Of a stretch of 64,000 nt of DNA, positions 37,449-49,700 are shown in pieces (position 1 is the stretch's first letter; each line of letters starts with the position of its first letter). Source of the DNA: Eledone cirrhosa. Lineage: Eukaryota. The position numbers and the translations under genes are program-made. The notes under the pieces are model-generated. The model saw only the letters and a program-made list of their open reading frames with translations, was not told the origin of the DNA and made no database searches. Where the stretch lies: NCBI GenBank assembly GCA_964016885.1, contig OZ024751.1, forward strand, positions 47,182,001 to 47,246,000. The letters are read 5' to 3'.

Positions 37449-38180
37449 AGAGGGATTAGATGTTGTTTACTCGAGAGAAGGCTACATTGGTATGGTCACG
37501 TGATGCGCATGAAAGACGACAGCTGTATAACAAAGTGCAGGGCAATAAAGATAGATGGTAGCCACGGAGTAGACAGACCCAGGAAAACCTGGGACGAGCT
37601 GATAAATTCCGACCTCACACACTTACACCTCTCCAAGACAATGTCACTGGACCGAGACCTTTGGCGGTACTCAGTAACAGAGAAGACCCGCCTTACCTAA
37701 ATACAAAGTAAAACCTACTAGTCAGTAGGCATCTCTAACAAAATACACCCCCGTCCCACCCCATCCACACCGCCCTCTTCAATGCAAAGTTATGTTGGTG
37801 CCACAACATCCAGGCCGAAACAAACGAGATCGTGTAGGTGTCACGACAAAAAAACACAGTCCACGCTGTAATGTGACCGTGTAGGCAACACGGTAAAAAC
37901 CTCCCAGTCCCACACTGTAAATGTGGTTGGTGTTAGGAAGGGCATCCAGCTGTAGAAAACACGCCAGACAGTCCACGCTGTAATGTGGCCGTGTAGGTAA
38001 CACGGTAAAAACCTCCCAGCCCCACACTGTAAATGTGGTTGGTGTTAGGAAGGGCATCCAGCTGTAGAAAACCTGTCAGACAGTCCTATGCGAGCAAGAC
38101 AACCACTCTTGCCTCAAGTGGGAAAACCCCCGTCCAAACCCATGCAAGCGTGGAACAGGGACGTTAAACGATGATGATGA
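37449..38180 (+). mobile_element. 5'-truncated RTE-clade LINE
   Basis: WYGHVMRMKDDSCITKCRAIKIDGSHGVDRPRKTWDE is homologous to the C-terminus of ORF 62857-63987, followed by 3' UTR and (GAT)n tail. Confidence 0.9.
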
Positions 38181-38187
38181 TATATAT

Positions 38188-38218
<31 letters not shown>

Positions 38219-38231
38219 CAAAGGTATATAT

Positions 38232-38397
38232 ATCATCATCATCAACGTTTAACGTCCGTGTTCCACGCTTGCATGGGTTTGGACGGGGGTTTTCCCACTT
38301 GAGGCAAGAGTGATTGTCTTGCTCGCATAGGACTGTCTGGCGGGTTTTCTACAGCTGGATGCCCTTCCTAACACCAACCACATTTACAGTGTGGGAC
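38232..38397 (-). mobile_element. Short RTE 3' tail insertion
   Basis: Reverse complement of about 38020-38180 with (CAT)n tail. Confidence 0.85.
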
Positions 38398-38415
38398 CAT
38401 ATATATATATCAAAG

Positions 38416-38455
<40 letters not shown>

Positions 38456-38466
38456 AAGGTATATAT

Positions 38467-38960
38467 TGAGTTAGGAACTCAAAATAGCTCTAAGAAAGAG
38501 ATATTTCCGAGCCGTATATTATAATAGAATATAAAGGAAAACGAGCAGATATATACATATATGTGTTCAAATCGAATAAACCTGGCTGCTATTTTCAGTG
38601 GTGTAAGTTTGTGAGACGCGCTAGGATGCCATGTGCGCTGAAATGTTTATATATAGCACACTATTCAGTTTCTTAATATACTTAGAAGTGTCTAGGATAC
38701 TAATTCATCACCCACTGATGAGCTTGAATTGGTAATTCTATTCACAATTAACATTGCGAAACAACAAGTTGTCTGGGTGATCGATAGTTACCACCATTCA
38801 GGTTTGTATTTATTTTCTTGATTTTTTTTCTTAAATTGAGACAAGCAACAAACCCAATTGTCTATAGTTAGTATTCTTTTCACCTTAGCAAATCTCGTCC
38901 CTTACGATTTGAACACATATATGTATATATCTGTGTTCGTTTTTCCTTTATATTCTATTA

Positions 38961-38964
<4 letters not shown>
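38467..38964 (+). mobile_element. TA-flanked fold-back element carrying a hammerhead (probably Penelope-derived)
   Basis: Inverted arms 38518-38574 / 38905-38964, hammerhead in the loop, (TA)n on both sides. Confidence 0.65.
38707..38781 (+). ncRNA. Type I hammerhead ribozyme motif (canonical core)
   Basis: atcaccca-CTGATGA-gc...gc-GAAA-caacaagttg-TC-tgggtgat. Perfect 8-bp stem I, G-C closing stem II, stem III ACAA/UUGU, GUC cleavage triplet. Confidence 0.85.
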
Positions 38965-39010
<46 letters not shown>

Positions 39011-39263
39011 GTTTTATGTAAGCTTGACTGCCGTGGCAGCCCACTAAATTAGGTCAATTTATTTGGTAAAATTGACTCTGGAATTATGATTGAAGGCCAG
39101 ATCGATGACAACCGACCTGATGGGATTTGAAACAGCATTTAATTGACTGGCCTATTCCTACATCTTCGAAGGAAACACAAATGTCTGTTGACAAAAATAT
39201 TGTGAGCATTTACTAGGGCTGCCACAAACCTAGTAGAAAAATGGTTAAAACGTGAAGGCCTCA

Positions 39264-39295
<32 letters not shown>

Positions 39296-40406
39296 GTTGT
39301 TGCTGATAATGAAATAAAACAATATAGGGCGATAGTTGAGTTTAGCGCCCCACTTTTGATATCAACTGCCGATTGACAAAAGTGAAAGTGAAACGCTTAA
39401 CTCCAGAATCGCTCATATTGTTGATAGCAAACCTGCCAAGTACATGTAAGAGATCACCCTTTGATGAGTGGAAGGAATACTCGAGCACTCTTCCTCCAGA
39501 ACCTTCCCAAGAATAAATGGACGGAGAAGACGAGGTTGATTTGATAGAATTGTTAGAATTTGTTCTGGGTTCAAATCCCGCCAAGATGTTCATTGCCTTT
39601 CATTGTTTCGAGATCAATAAAGAAAACACTAGCCGGTCCATCATTGCTATGTAAAATAAAAAGAAACAAAAAAAAAACAAAAGAAAATCAAACATCAGCA
39701 TTGCCATTATACAGAGTGGACTGGGCGCCATGATGAAATCCCACAAGCTCCCTCTGTAAGGTGGTTATGTTGGTGCCACGATGAAAAGAATCTAGTTTAC
39801 TCTGTATGATGGTCGTGCTAATGCCACGATAAAATTCTCCCAGTACATGCTGTAAAATGTTTAGTGTTAGGAAGAGCATCCAGCCATAGAAACCCGACCC
39901 CCAAACAGAGCATATCAGCAGTCTAGCCTGAAGATATGACAACCTATCTAACCTATGTGAGCTTGGAAAATAGATGTTAACTGGTGGTAGTGGTGATCGT
40001 TGTTATACTGATGATGATGATGATTATGCTGAATTTGTGTTTAAATAGCTGTCATTTTTGATATGTCATTTACTTCAGCAAGAAGAAAAAAAAAAAAAAT
40101 AAGCATAAGAAATAAGCATAGAGAAAACAGAATCCTGTATGAACTTAAGGTCCTTAACGAACCTCAATTAGTTGAGTAAGACAGCTAAAATAACCCTGTA
40201 ATATATACTAGATATAATAACAGATCTCATGGCAAAGAGAGAAAGTAGCTATTATCTGTTGTAACAACAACAACAGTACTAACAGGTACAAAAACAGGTG
40301 CACAAAGACTCCTCTCTGTGGTCACACAATCTACTTGACATAGCAGCCAAATCTCCTCCTCGAATCATACCTTATCACCTTAAAAAAAAAAATGAATAAT
40401 ATCTAT

Positions 40407-40744
40407 GGAGGCACATGGCTTAGTGGTTAGAGCATTGGCCTTGCAATCGAAAGGTTGTGAGTTCAATTCTCAGACCGGGTGATGTGTTGTTTCCTTGAGC
40501 AAGACACTTTATTTCACATTGCTCCGGTTTACTCAGCTGTAGAAATGAGATGATAGGGACTGGGGTCCCTATCATTCCACTGCAAAGTGGTCGTGGAGGT
40601 GCCACGGCAAAAACGCACCCAGCACTCATTGTAAATGAGGTTGGTGTTATGAAGGGCATCCAGCTGTAATCAAGCCAGAATCAGTTCCCGTCCCACCCTT
40701 GCAAGCAGGGAAAAGTGGACGTAAAATGAAATGATGATGATGAT
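40407..40744 (+). mobile_element. tRNA-derived CORE-type SINE (family A), full length
   Basis: A box tggcttagtggttag, B box gttcaattc, core ccttgagcaagacactt, RTE-like tail and (GAT)n. Confidence 0.88.
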
Positions 40745-40789
40745 CTTCCTTGGATAATGTCCTCCTAATCTGTTATTGGATTGAGGCCT

Positions 40790-41705
40790 GTTGACCGATG
40801 TTGTGAACTGATGGTATCTGTTGACCTATGTCATGACCTGGAGATAGTTACCTCCTCTGTTGACCAATGTGGTGAACTGGAGGTATATCTGTTGACCGAT
40901 ATGGTGAACTAGAGGTATATCTGTTGACCAATGTGTTGAACTGGAGGTATATCTGTTGACCAATGTGTTGAACTGGAGGTATATCTATTGACCAATGTTG
41001 TGAACTAGAGGTATATCTGTTGACCAATGTTGTGAACTGGAGGTATATCTATTGACCAATGTTGTGAACTAGAGGTATATCTGTTGACCAATGTTGTGAA
41101 CTAGAGGTATATCTGTTGACCAATGTTGTGAACTGGAGGTATATCTGTTGACCGATATGGTGAACTAGAGGTATATCTGTTGACCAATGTGTTGAACTGG
41201 AGGTATATCTATTGACCAATGTTGTGAACTAGAGGTATATCTGTTGACCGATATGGTGAACTGGAGGTATATCTATTGACCAATGTTGTGAACTGGAGGT
41301 ATATCTGTTGACCGATATGGTGAACTGGAGGTATATCTGTTGACCGATATGGTGAACTGGAGGTATATCTGTTGAGCAATGTGTTGAACTGGAGGTATAT
41401 CTGTTGACCGTTATGGTGAACTGGAGGTATATCTGTTGACCGATATGGTGAACTATAGGTATATCTGTTGACCAATGTGTTGAACTGGAGGTATAAATAT
41501 CCTTGATGTAAGACAAATAACGGGTCAAGATTTAATTCCCCTGTTGACCAATGTGTTGAACTGGAGGTATAAATATCCTTGATGTAAGACAAATAACAGG
41601 TCAAGATTTAATTCCCTTGTTGACCGATGTGGTGAACTGAAAGTATTTCCTTCCCCTGTTGACCAATGTGTTGAACTGGAGGTATAAATATCCCTGATGT
41701 AAGAC
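40790..41705. repeat. 31-32-bp minisatellite GAACTGGAGGTATATCTGTTGACCAATGTTGT
   Basis: More than 20 copies, ending in longer composite units. Confidence 0.95.
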
Positions 41706-41937
41706 AATGATGTAACTGATTTAATTAGTTTGTACTAATTAAAGGTTACACTGATTGGAACTGTATGAACGGTATAGTAAAGTATTGGTTATTTTAATTA
41801 GTAAGATTGCTTGTAGGAAACGAGGCAGGAATTAAACCAGATCAACTGTGAGTGAATCACCCTGAAGCTATCAATGTTATGTATGTGTGTGTGTGTATAT
41901 ATATGTATATGTGTGTGTGTGTGTGTATATATGTATA

Positions 41938-41968
<31 letters not shown>

Positions 41969-42448
41969 ATATATATATATATATGTTTAGACATGTACAT
42001 ATAGATAAATACTCACACACATATATGGGTGATGAAGCCAAAATCTACTCTGCCACCACTACTCATGTGCAGCACCCATACACATTCTACTCCAACATAC
42101 TCGTTGACAGATTATCAATCAGTATACAATTAACAAGTAATCACTAATCACAGTGTAAGGATTAATTTAAAAAAAAAAAGACACCAACAAAACAAACAAA
42201 AAAAAAACTGCAATGCATTTGTGTTTATTAATTTATTGTTTGTCTTGTTAGTGTCATCACCACCATAGCTTTTGTTGTTGTTGCCATTACCACCAACACC
42301 ACTATCATCATCATAGCTTTGTTGCTATTGTTGTTATTACCACCATCACCATCATCAACACAACCATTTTAGCTTTTGTTGTTGTTATCATCATCATCAC
42401 CATCAACACCATTCATTAGGGAGGGAGGTAGTCCATTCTTGTGGTTCC

Positions 42449-42756
42449 TTAACCCTTTAGCATTTAAACCGGCCGTATCCGGCCAGAATTCTCTCTGCTC
42501 TTTCTGTTCAAACTGGCCATAACCGGCTGTGACCAGCTGCTCATATTGATGATGATGTTTTGTTCTCAAAATAAATATCATCAAAATGTCGTAGATTCGA
42601 TATTGTGTGAGATAATTGTGAAATAAAGTGTTTACCATGAAAATAAATATCAAAATTTCGTAGATTCGATGTTCTGTGAGATAATTATGTGAAATAAAGT
42701 GTTTACCTTGAAAATACAACAGTAAATATAGAGTAATGTAAATAGTAAAGGGTTAA
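42449..42756 (-). mobile_element. piggyBac-like MITE with internal about 60-bp duplication
   Basis: ttaaCCCTTTAG...TAAAGGGttaa ends; tagattcgat...gtttacc is repeated. Confidence 0.8.
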
Positions 42757-43013
42757 GAAGATACAATATCATCTTATTTCCAGAATTCCAGAACTTGCAT
42801 ATTTCTTCACATTACAAACTGCTAACTACAGTTGCAGGAAAGCTGGGATGTAAATTAATAATTAACAGTAGATATTGTTGCTAGGAATATGTCAAGAACT
42901 ATAACCTAAAAACTCCATCCTTCCATCATGTGACAGCAGTGCCAATGGAAATTAAAATATCTTAAATACTCTATCTTTCGCACCAAGTGACAGTGCCAAT
43001 GGAAATTAAAATA

Positions 43014-43341
43014 CAGTGGAACTTCAGTTTAGAAATGCCTCTCATCATGAACAAATCGGTTCATGAACAATTTTTCCAAACATAAAATCTCTCGGTTGGT
43101 AAATGTTGTCTTGAATAACTGTCTCGAATAACAAACATACAACCTGGCAACAAGGTTTGGCGACAAGCTGGGAGTATCAGCAGGAAAGTGTCACTTGCTG
43201 TGTAATTAGTTACTATGGTGATATCTATCTGTCTTTCTCACTCACTCACTCACTCATATCAACATTTGATATGGGAAAAATAGTTTTGGCTAACAAATGG
43301 CCTTCAGGAACAAATTAAGTTCATAAACTGAGATTCCACTC
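43014..43341. mobile_element. Tigger/pogo-like MITE
   Basis: TA|CAGTGGAACTTCAGTTTA...TAAACTGAGATTCCACTC|TA. Confidence 0.75.
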
Positions 43342-43756
43342 TATCCTAAACACTCCATCTTAACATCATGTGAAGGTGCCAATATAAGAACTTCATCTTT
43401 CCATCATGTGATGGTACCACCTTCTTTCCATCATATGACAGTGCCAATATAAATTTAAATGTCAATCCACATTTATGGTGAAACTCAATTAAACTCTACG
43501 ACTATATTTCTGTTGCAAATATTCAATTAACATTTTGTAATTCTACCTCCTTACTCTTAACATCTGTGAAGAATTTTAGTAGAATTTGATAAGTTTGGAT
43601 TTCATTTTAAAATGTTCTTCTCGTTTGCACTGCATCTCTCCCTTCCTCTTGTATTTTATTTAAAAAAAAAACTTTTTATATTAATACTTGGTTTTGTGCA
43701 GCTTTTTAAAGAATAAATAGTCGTAAATTCCTTTACTTTGTCTCACATTATGTATA

Positions 43757-43801
<45 letters not shown>

Positions 43802-44300
43802 AGAGAGAGAGTTTTATTCGTACATCTTCATTTTACTACATAAACTTATGTAATAAAATGAAGATGTACAAATAAAACCATATCTCTTATTTATTATACT
43901 AAAACTTTGGTTCATACCTTACAGAGAAAATCCTAAGGAATACAAATCGTAGAGTATTTTATGTCTGTTTATGAAAAAGTCGGTTAATTATTTAATCAAC
44001 CAACTTTCATCAACTGATATATATATATATAAATTATAAAAACAGATTAAATTTTAAGCAAGAATCGCTGCTTTCACCCTTCTACAGGATATATTTCCAA
44101 GAGAGGTTGTTTCTTCTTCTTCTCTCTCTGCTAACCTATGTAAACATGGAAAAAAAATAGATGTTAAAAGATGATGATAATGATTATGATGATGTTGATA
44201 TCATATATAGCTGCATTTAACAGCCATGTTTCCATACTTCTAACAACTGTAATTTGTAAAATGTTATTTGCTATTTCATCTCCTTAATTATATTTTGTAG

Positions 44301-44384
44301 GTATTTTATGTCCAAGTTTGGATGTCTGGAAGATATAACTCTGTCGAAAGACGCTACACTGAATTTGAAGATCTGCACAAACAG
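44301..44384 (+). CDS. SNX24: SNX24-like exon 2 (PX domain, RRYTEF motif)
   Basis: ttgtag| ... |gtaata, 84 nt. VFYVQVWMSGRYNSVERRYTEFEDLHKQ. Confidence 0.95.
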
Positions 44385-44936
44385 GTAATATTTTGTATCC
44401 TTATTCTGGTTTTTCATCTGAGGCTGGGGTGGGGATTGGTAGTAATTGGTAGAGTGTCGTACATCGTTTTGTGGGATATAGTTACAGCACTTTACATTTT
44501 GATTTCAAATCTCACCGAGGTTAGCTTTGCTTTTCATCTGTATAGGTTCAATAAAGTACCAGTAATGCACTGAGGTCAATTTAATCGACTTTCTCTTCTC
44601 CCCCCTCCCCCCCAAAATGTTGACCTCGTGCCTGAATCAGAAACCATTCTGGTTTGTCATCTTAGAATTTCTTACATAATCCTATCGTTGCTATATTTCT
44701 AATGAAATACACTTCCAAATACACTTCTAATGAGCTTCAATTCGTTTTCTGATAACAAAAAAGAATTTGGAGGAGTTTAGTAAAATTACTTCTTTATTGG
44801 TTGATGTTTGGCGCATTACTTAGCAAAAAGTTCTGAGATCAAATTATGATGAACGGTTTTAATATATCACCATCATCATGGTGGTGGTGCTGACAATATT
44901 GATGACTATGATGATGATGATTTTACTCTTTTTCAG

Positions 44937-45041
44937 CTGAAGAAGCTGATTGCAACACCAGAATTCCCTCCAAAGAAGATTTTAAAATGGAACCCCAAAG
45001 TATTGGAACAAAGAAGACAACGTCTACAACTCTACATCCAG
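44937..45041 (+). CDS. SNX24: SNX24-like exon 3 (PX proline loop)
   Basis: tttcag| ... |gtcaat, 105 nt. LKKLIATPEFPPKKILKWNPKVLEQRRQRLQLYIQ versus SNX24 LKKCIKTPEIPSKHVRNWVPKVLEQRRQGLETYLQ. Confidence 0.95.
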
Positions 45042-45576
45042 GTCAATTTTTACACAACTTCATATTCTTCTTTTTTTTTTTTTTGTTACTTTTTCTTCTA
45101 TTGTTTTTTATTCCCCCCCCTCTCCTCTCTTTTTTAACCCTTTAGTATTTACATTACTCTATATTTACTATTGTATATTCATGGTAAAGGCTTTAACTCA
45201 CAATCCCAAGTCTATGAAATTTTGATGATGATATTGTTTATTTTAAGAACGATATCTTAACATCGGTGTGATAAGCTGATTACGGCTGGTTTCAAAAAGG
45301 GGATTCTGGCCAGATACAACTGGTTTAAATGTTAAAGGTTTAAATGCAGGTATGGCTGCATGGTTAGTTTTCTTCAAAATCATATGGTGTCTGATTAAAA
45401 CGACATCCCCCAAAATTGTTGGCCTTGTGCCTAAATCAGAAACCATTAATTTGTATATATGAAGCTGTTGTGTTAATAACATATTGATAGTGAGGCCCTT
45501 TACATCAATGAATGTAATGAGAGTCTATTGGAACAACTGTGAAATACTAATCCTTATTATTTCTTCTCTCTTACAG

Positions 45577-45665
45577 ACTGTTTGTCAAATGACCAGCACC
45601 AATGGCTATATTCCTCCAGCTTTGTTTAACTTTTTAGAACTGGAGCCATATGAACCTGGCTTTGA
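45577..45665 (+). CDS. SNX24: SNX24-like exon 4
   Basis: ttacag| ... |gtaagt, 89 nt phase 0/2. TVCQMTSTNGYIPPALFNFLELEPYEPGF. Confidence 0.9.
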
Positions 45666-45779
45666 GTAAGTAGCAGCATTTCAAATCATCACCATTATTG
45701 CCATTGATGTACAATTGGAAGGTAGCTATGTGCAGTGTACAGGAAGATGGCACTGTGTGCAGTGTACAGGAATGTAGTG

Positions 45780-46150
45780 CACAGGAAGGTAGACATAAGC
45801 AGGAATGGTGTTGGAATGATCTCCATTAAATGTACAATATGTTTTGGGTGAGAGACATTGAAAATGAAGTGAAAAGGTTATTGAATATTGGGACAACTGC
45901 ATTTAAGTGTAAGGTGGGTGTATATGGAAGGAGCTACAGATGGAGAGGATGTTGAACTGGATCTTGGGAATGGTGTGAAGACGGAAGGTGTGAAACCCTT
46001 TTGTTACTTAGGTGACATGTTAAATTAACAGAAGGTTGATTGGACTTGTTGGTGGTGGTTAAAGTGAGATACATATGGAAGGAGTTCTAAGAACTGAGTA
46101 ACCTACTAAAATTGAAGAGAGAGAATGTTGCCTGCTGCTGCATGTAAGAG
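45780..46150 (+). mobile_element. Decayed RTE LINE fragment
   Basis: FCYLGDML and WKEF remnants. Confidence 0.55.
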
Positions 46151-46238
46151 AAGTGCCTTGATTTCAAGGAAAAGATAAATGTAAAATTGATGATAGTGAA
46201 AATTATAAACTTGAACAATTGCCATTTTTATTTTGAAG

Positions 46239-46333
46239 GTCTGTGGACCATATGCTGCAGGAACCTGTCCTGTGTTCTCACAAACCAATGGTCAAATTTG
46301 AAGAAGATGCATTTCTATTTGACACTAACAAAA
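46239..46333 (+). CDS. SNX24: SNX24-like exon 5
   Basis: ttgaag| ... |gtaagt, 95 nt phase 2/1. SVDHMLQEPVLCSHKPMVKFEEDAFLFDTNK versus SNX24 LSHQPVLLFLRDPY. Phases fit both neighbours. Confidence 0.85.
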
Positions 46334-46869
46334 GTAAGTTCTGTGGATTCAGGTTTTTTCTTTCCTCTCTCTAACACACTCTCTCTCTCTCTCTGCTATA
46401 CCTCTCTTCTTCACTATTCCCCTCTTAAGTATTAGGATTAATCTGTTCTCTCTTCTTCTTTCTCTCTCTCAAATGTTCCCTCCTTGATCATAATGTCTTG
46501 GGTCTCACTCCTGGACTGGCTGGTGCATGGTGTTCTTGAGCAAAACACTTCATTACACATTGCTCTGAGTTCAAATCCCACACATTAACTTTGCCTTTTA
46601 TCCTTCCTGGGTCTATAAAATAAAATACCAGTAAAATACTGTGGTTACCCTTCTCTGAAATCGCTGACTTTTCGCCGAAAGTAGAAATTATTATTATTAT
46701 TGATAATGGTGGTGGGATGGCAACAGAATCAGTAGAGCATTCGACAACAAGCTTGTTCTGAGTTCAAATCTTGTCGAGGTTAGCTTTGCCTGTCATCCTT
46801 ACAGGGTTGATAAAATAAAGTACCAGTAATGCACTGGGGTGAGATTTAATCGACTTTCCCTTCCACCTT

Positions 46870-47915
46870 CAAATTATAGTCCTTGTGACTAAATCAGAAA
46901 CCATTATTATTATTATGACGTATAATATAAACTACCAGTAATGCACTGGGTAATTATTGTCCTTGTGCCTAAAGTAGAAACCATTATTATTATTATTATG
47001 ACGTATAATATAAACTACCAGTAATGCACTGGGTAATTATTGTCCTTGTGACTAAATCAGAAACCATTATTATTATTATTATGACGTATAATATAAACTA
47101 CCAGTAATGCACTGGGTAATTATAGTCCTTGTGCCTAAAGTAGAAACAATTATTATTATTATTATGACGTATAATATAAACTACCAGTAATGCACTGGGT
47201 AATTATAGTCCTTGTGACTAAATCAGAAACCATTATTATTATTATTATTATGACGTATAATATAAACTACCAGTAATGCACTGGGTAATTATAGTCCTTG
47301 TGACTAAATCAGAAACCATTATTATTATGACGTATAATATAAACTACCAGTAATGCACTGGGTAATTATAGTCCTTGTGCCTAAAGTAGAAACCATTATT
47401 ATTATTATTATGACGTATAATATAAACTACCAGTAATGCACTGGGTAATTATAGTCCTTGTGACTAAATCAGAAACCATTATTATTATTATTATGACGTA
47501 TAATATAAACTACCAGTAATGCACTGGGTAATTATAGTCCTTGTGCCTAAAGTAGAAACCATTATTATTATTATTATGACGTATAATATAAACTACCAGT
47601 AATGCACTGGGTAATTATAGTCCTTGTGCCTAAAGTAGAAACCATTATTATTATTATTATGACGTATAATATAAACTACCAGTAATGCACTGGGTAATTA
47701 TAGTCCTTGTGACTAAAGTAGAAACCATTATTATTATTATTATGACGTATAATATAAACTACCAGTAATGCACTGGGTAATTATAGTCCTTGTGCCTAAA
47801 GTAGAAACCATTATTATTATTATTATGACGTATAATATAAACTACCAGTAATGCACTGGGTAATTATTGTCCTTGTGACTAAATCAGAAACCATTATTAT
47901 TATTATTATGACGAT
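46870..47915. repeat. About 80-bp minisatellite derived from the SINE B 3' end, about 13 copies
   Basis: Unit taccagtaatgcactgggtaatt..ccttgtgcctaaagtagaaaccattattatt equals the SINE B tail. Confidence 0.92.
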
Positions 47916-47966
47916 AATAAATATAATTATTTCTGATGTGATCTTTTTCTTCTTCTTCCTCTGCAG

Positions 47967-48043
47967 CCTTGCTTCCAGATACCATTATCTCAGGTATACA
48001 TCTTGGACTCTACTCCTCTGAACATGATACCACAGTTCGGTAG
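47967..48043 (+). CDS. SNX24: SNX24-like terminal coding exon
   Basis: Pyrimidine tract then ctgcag|, phase 1. LLPDTIISGIHLGLYSSEHDTTVR* versus SNX24 FPNVVIEGVLHGIFY. Spliced total is 170 aa. Confidence 0.88.
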
Positions 48044-48254
48044 CTTACCGTTTACCATCACAACCTAACATCAACAAAACTTTCTCTCTCTCTCTCTCTG
48101 TTTTTGTCTTTGTCTTTGTTCTGTTTTTTTTTTTAATTTCTGTTTCATGCCAGCAATGGAAACTGACATAAGACGATGATAATGTTGATGATGACTACCT
48201 TGTATGGAAAAGCATTTCTTTTCTCAGCCATTATTATTATTAAACATTATTATT

Positions 48255-48840
48255 ATCAAATCCCGCCGAGGTTAACTTTGCCTTTCATCCTTACGGGGTC
48301 GATAAAATAAAGTACCAGTAATGTACTGGGTAATTGCTGGCCTTGTGCCTAAAGTAGAAACAATTATTATTATTATTAATTATTCATGGATTGGCAGTAT
48401 CGGTAGAGTGTTGGACGCCATGCTTTGCAGCATAGAGTTACGTCCCTTTGCGGTCTGAGTTCAAATCCTGCCAAGGTTAGCTTTGACTTTCACCCTTTAC
48501 GTGGGGGAGGGGGGGGGGTCGATAAAATAAAGTACCAGTGATGCACTGGCGTCAATTTAATCGACCCCCCCCCCCCCCCCAAACAAAAAAAAAATTGATG
48601 GCCTTGTGTCTAAAGTAGAAACAATTATTATTAGTATTATTATTGGCTTTTTAGAGGGCAGTGGATTCGCAGAATCGGTAGAGCATAGTGGGACAGTATT
48701 TTTTTCTGGCTCTTTAACATTCTGAGTTCAAATCCTGCTGTGGTCAACTTTGCCTTTCATCCTTTTGGGGTTGATGAAATAAAGTTCCAGTAAAAAACTA
48801 GGGGTTAATATAGTCAACTTTTCTCGTCCCACAAATTACT
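48255..48840 (+). mobile_element. Tandem SINE family B cluster downstream of the SNX24 stop
   Basis: Three head-to-tail copies of the same core. Confidence 0.82.
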
Positions 48841-48844
48841 GTAT

Positions 48845-49700
48845 AACTGAGCACAGCTCTGTGTGTCTTGGATTTGTGCAGTGTTGTTTTTGATGTTGTT
48901 TCTATTGTATTCTAAAGTACTCCTTGTAAAATGTGTATGCAGTGCACAGTAGTGTTATTTTCTGTATGCTGTATGTATTTGTACCTCCTGGGGTTTGGGT
49001 CATATATCTGTGTGTGTTTTTTTTATCATTCCAATATCACCTATTATTATAGGGATTCTGTTTTCATCATTTACATTTGGGTTATTTCTGTATCCAGATC
49101 TTTATATTTGGATAATTTCTCCATTTCCTTGATAAATATATTATCATCTGTGGCAATTAGTACATCAATTAGAAGACATCTCTTTTCTTTGTGGGTTTTG
49201 AATTCAATACCTAGTCAGTAGGCTTTGATCTCCTTGTCTGTGTGTATTGGTATATCCTGCTGCATGGTTATTTTGTCATTCTCTGACCCCTTTTGTGTAC
49301 TTCTTTTCTGTTGGTAATTCTTAGTGTTGGCATAACTTCCAGTGTATGTAAATCCCTACTCTGTCATGTCTGTGGATATATTCTTTCTTGTCTAAACTGG
49401 ACACTATGTGGTTAAGGGTTTCTTTCCCACCACCAAATTCTGCAGTTACTTACTGTGTTCTGCTTCATTATATACCTCTGGTGATTTTTTTGTGGGGCAG
49501 CTTTGATTTTATGCTGCAGTTAGGAATTTTTCACTGTCAGTTTTTAGTCCAGTGTTACTTAGCCAGATTTATGAATTTTGCTTGTCTACTTCCTCTCTAT
49601 TCTGCTATGTTGTGTATTGGTCATGTAGGGTTTTTTTTCTGGAGATCTATTTTCAAATTCTATTTTATCTTTTTCACTGTTTCTGATGTTGTTTCTTAAA
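48845..49700 (-). mobile_element. Decayed R4/Dong-clade non-LTR retrotransposon (restriction-like endonuclease end)
   Basis: Minus-strand peptides WLSNTGLKTDSEKFLTAA, DIPIHTDKEIKA and CLLIDVLIATDDNIFIKEMEKLSKYKDL, with stops and frameshifts. Confidence 0.8.

Noticed and set aside
40407-40476. tRNA-Cys gene
   Set aside because: No acceptor-stem pairing and it continues into a SINE core and tail in three copies, so it is a SINE head.
40790-41705. CRISPR-like 31-32-bp repeats (also the 55-bp and 20-bp arrays)
   Set aside because: Head-to-tail tandem units with no unique spacers, no cas genes, and a eukaryotic context.
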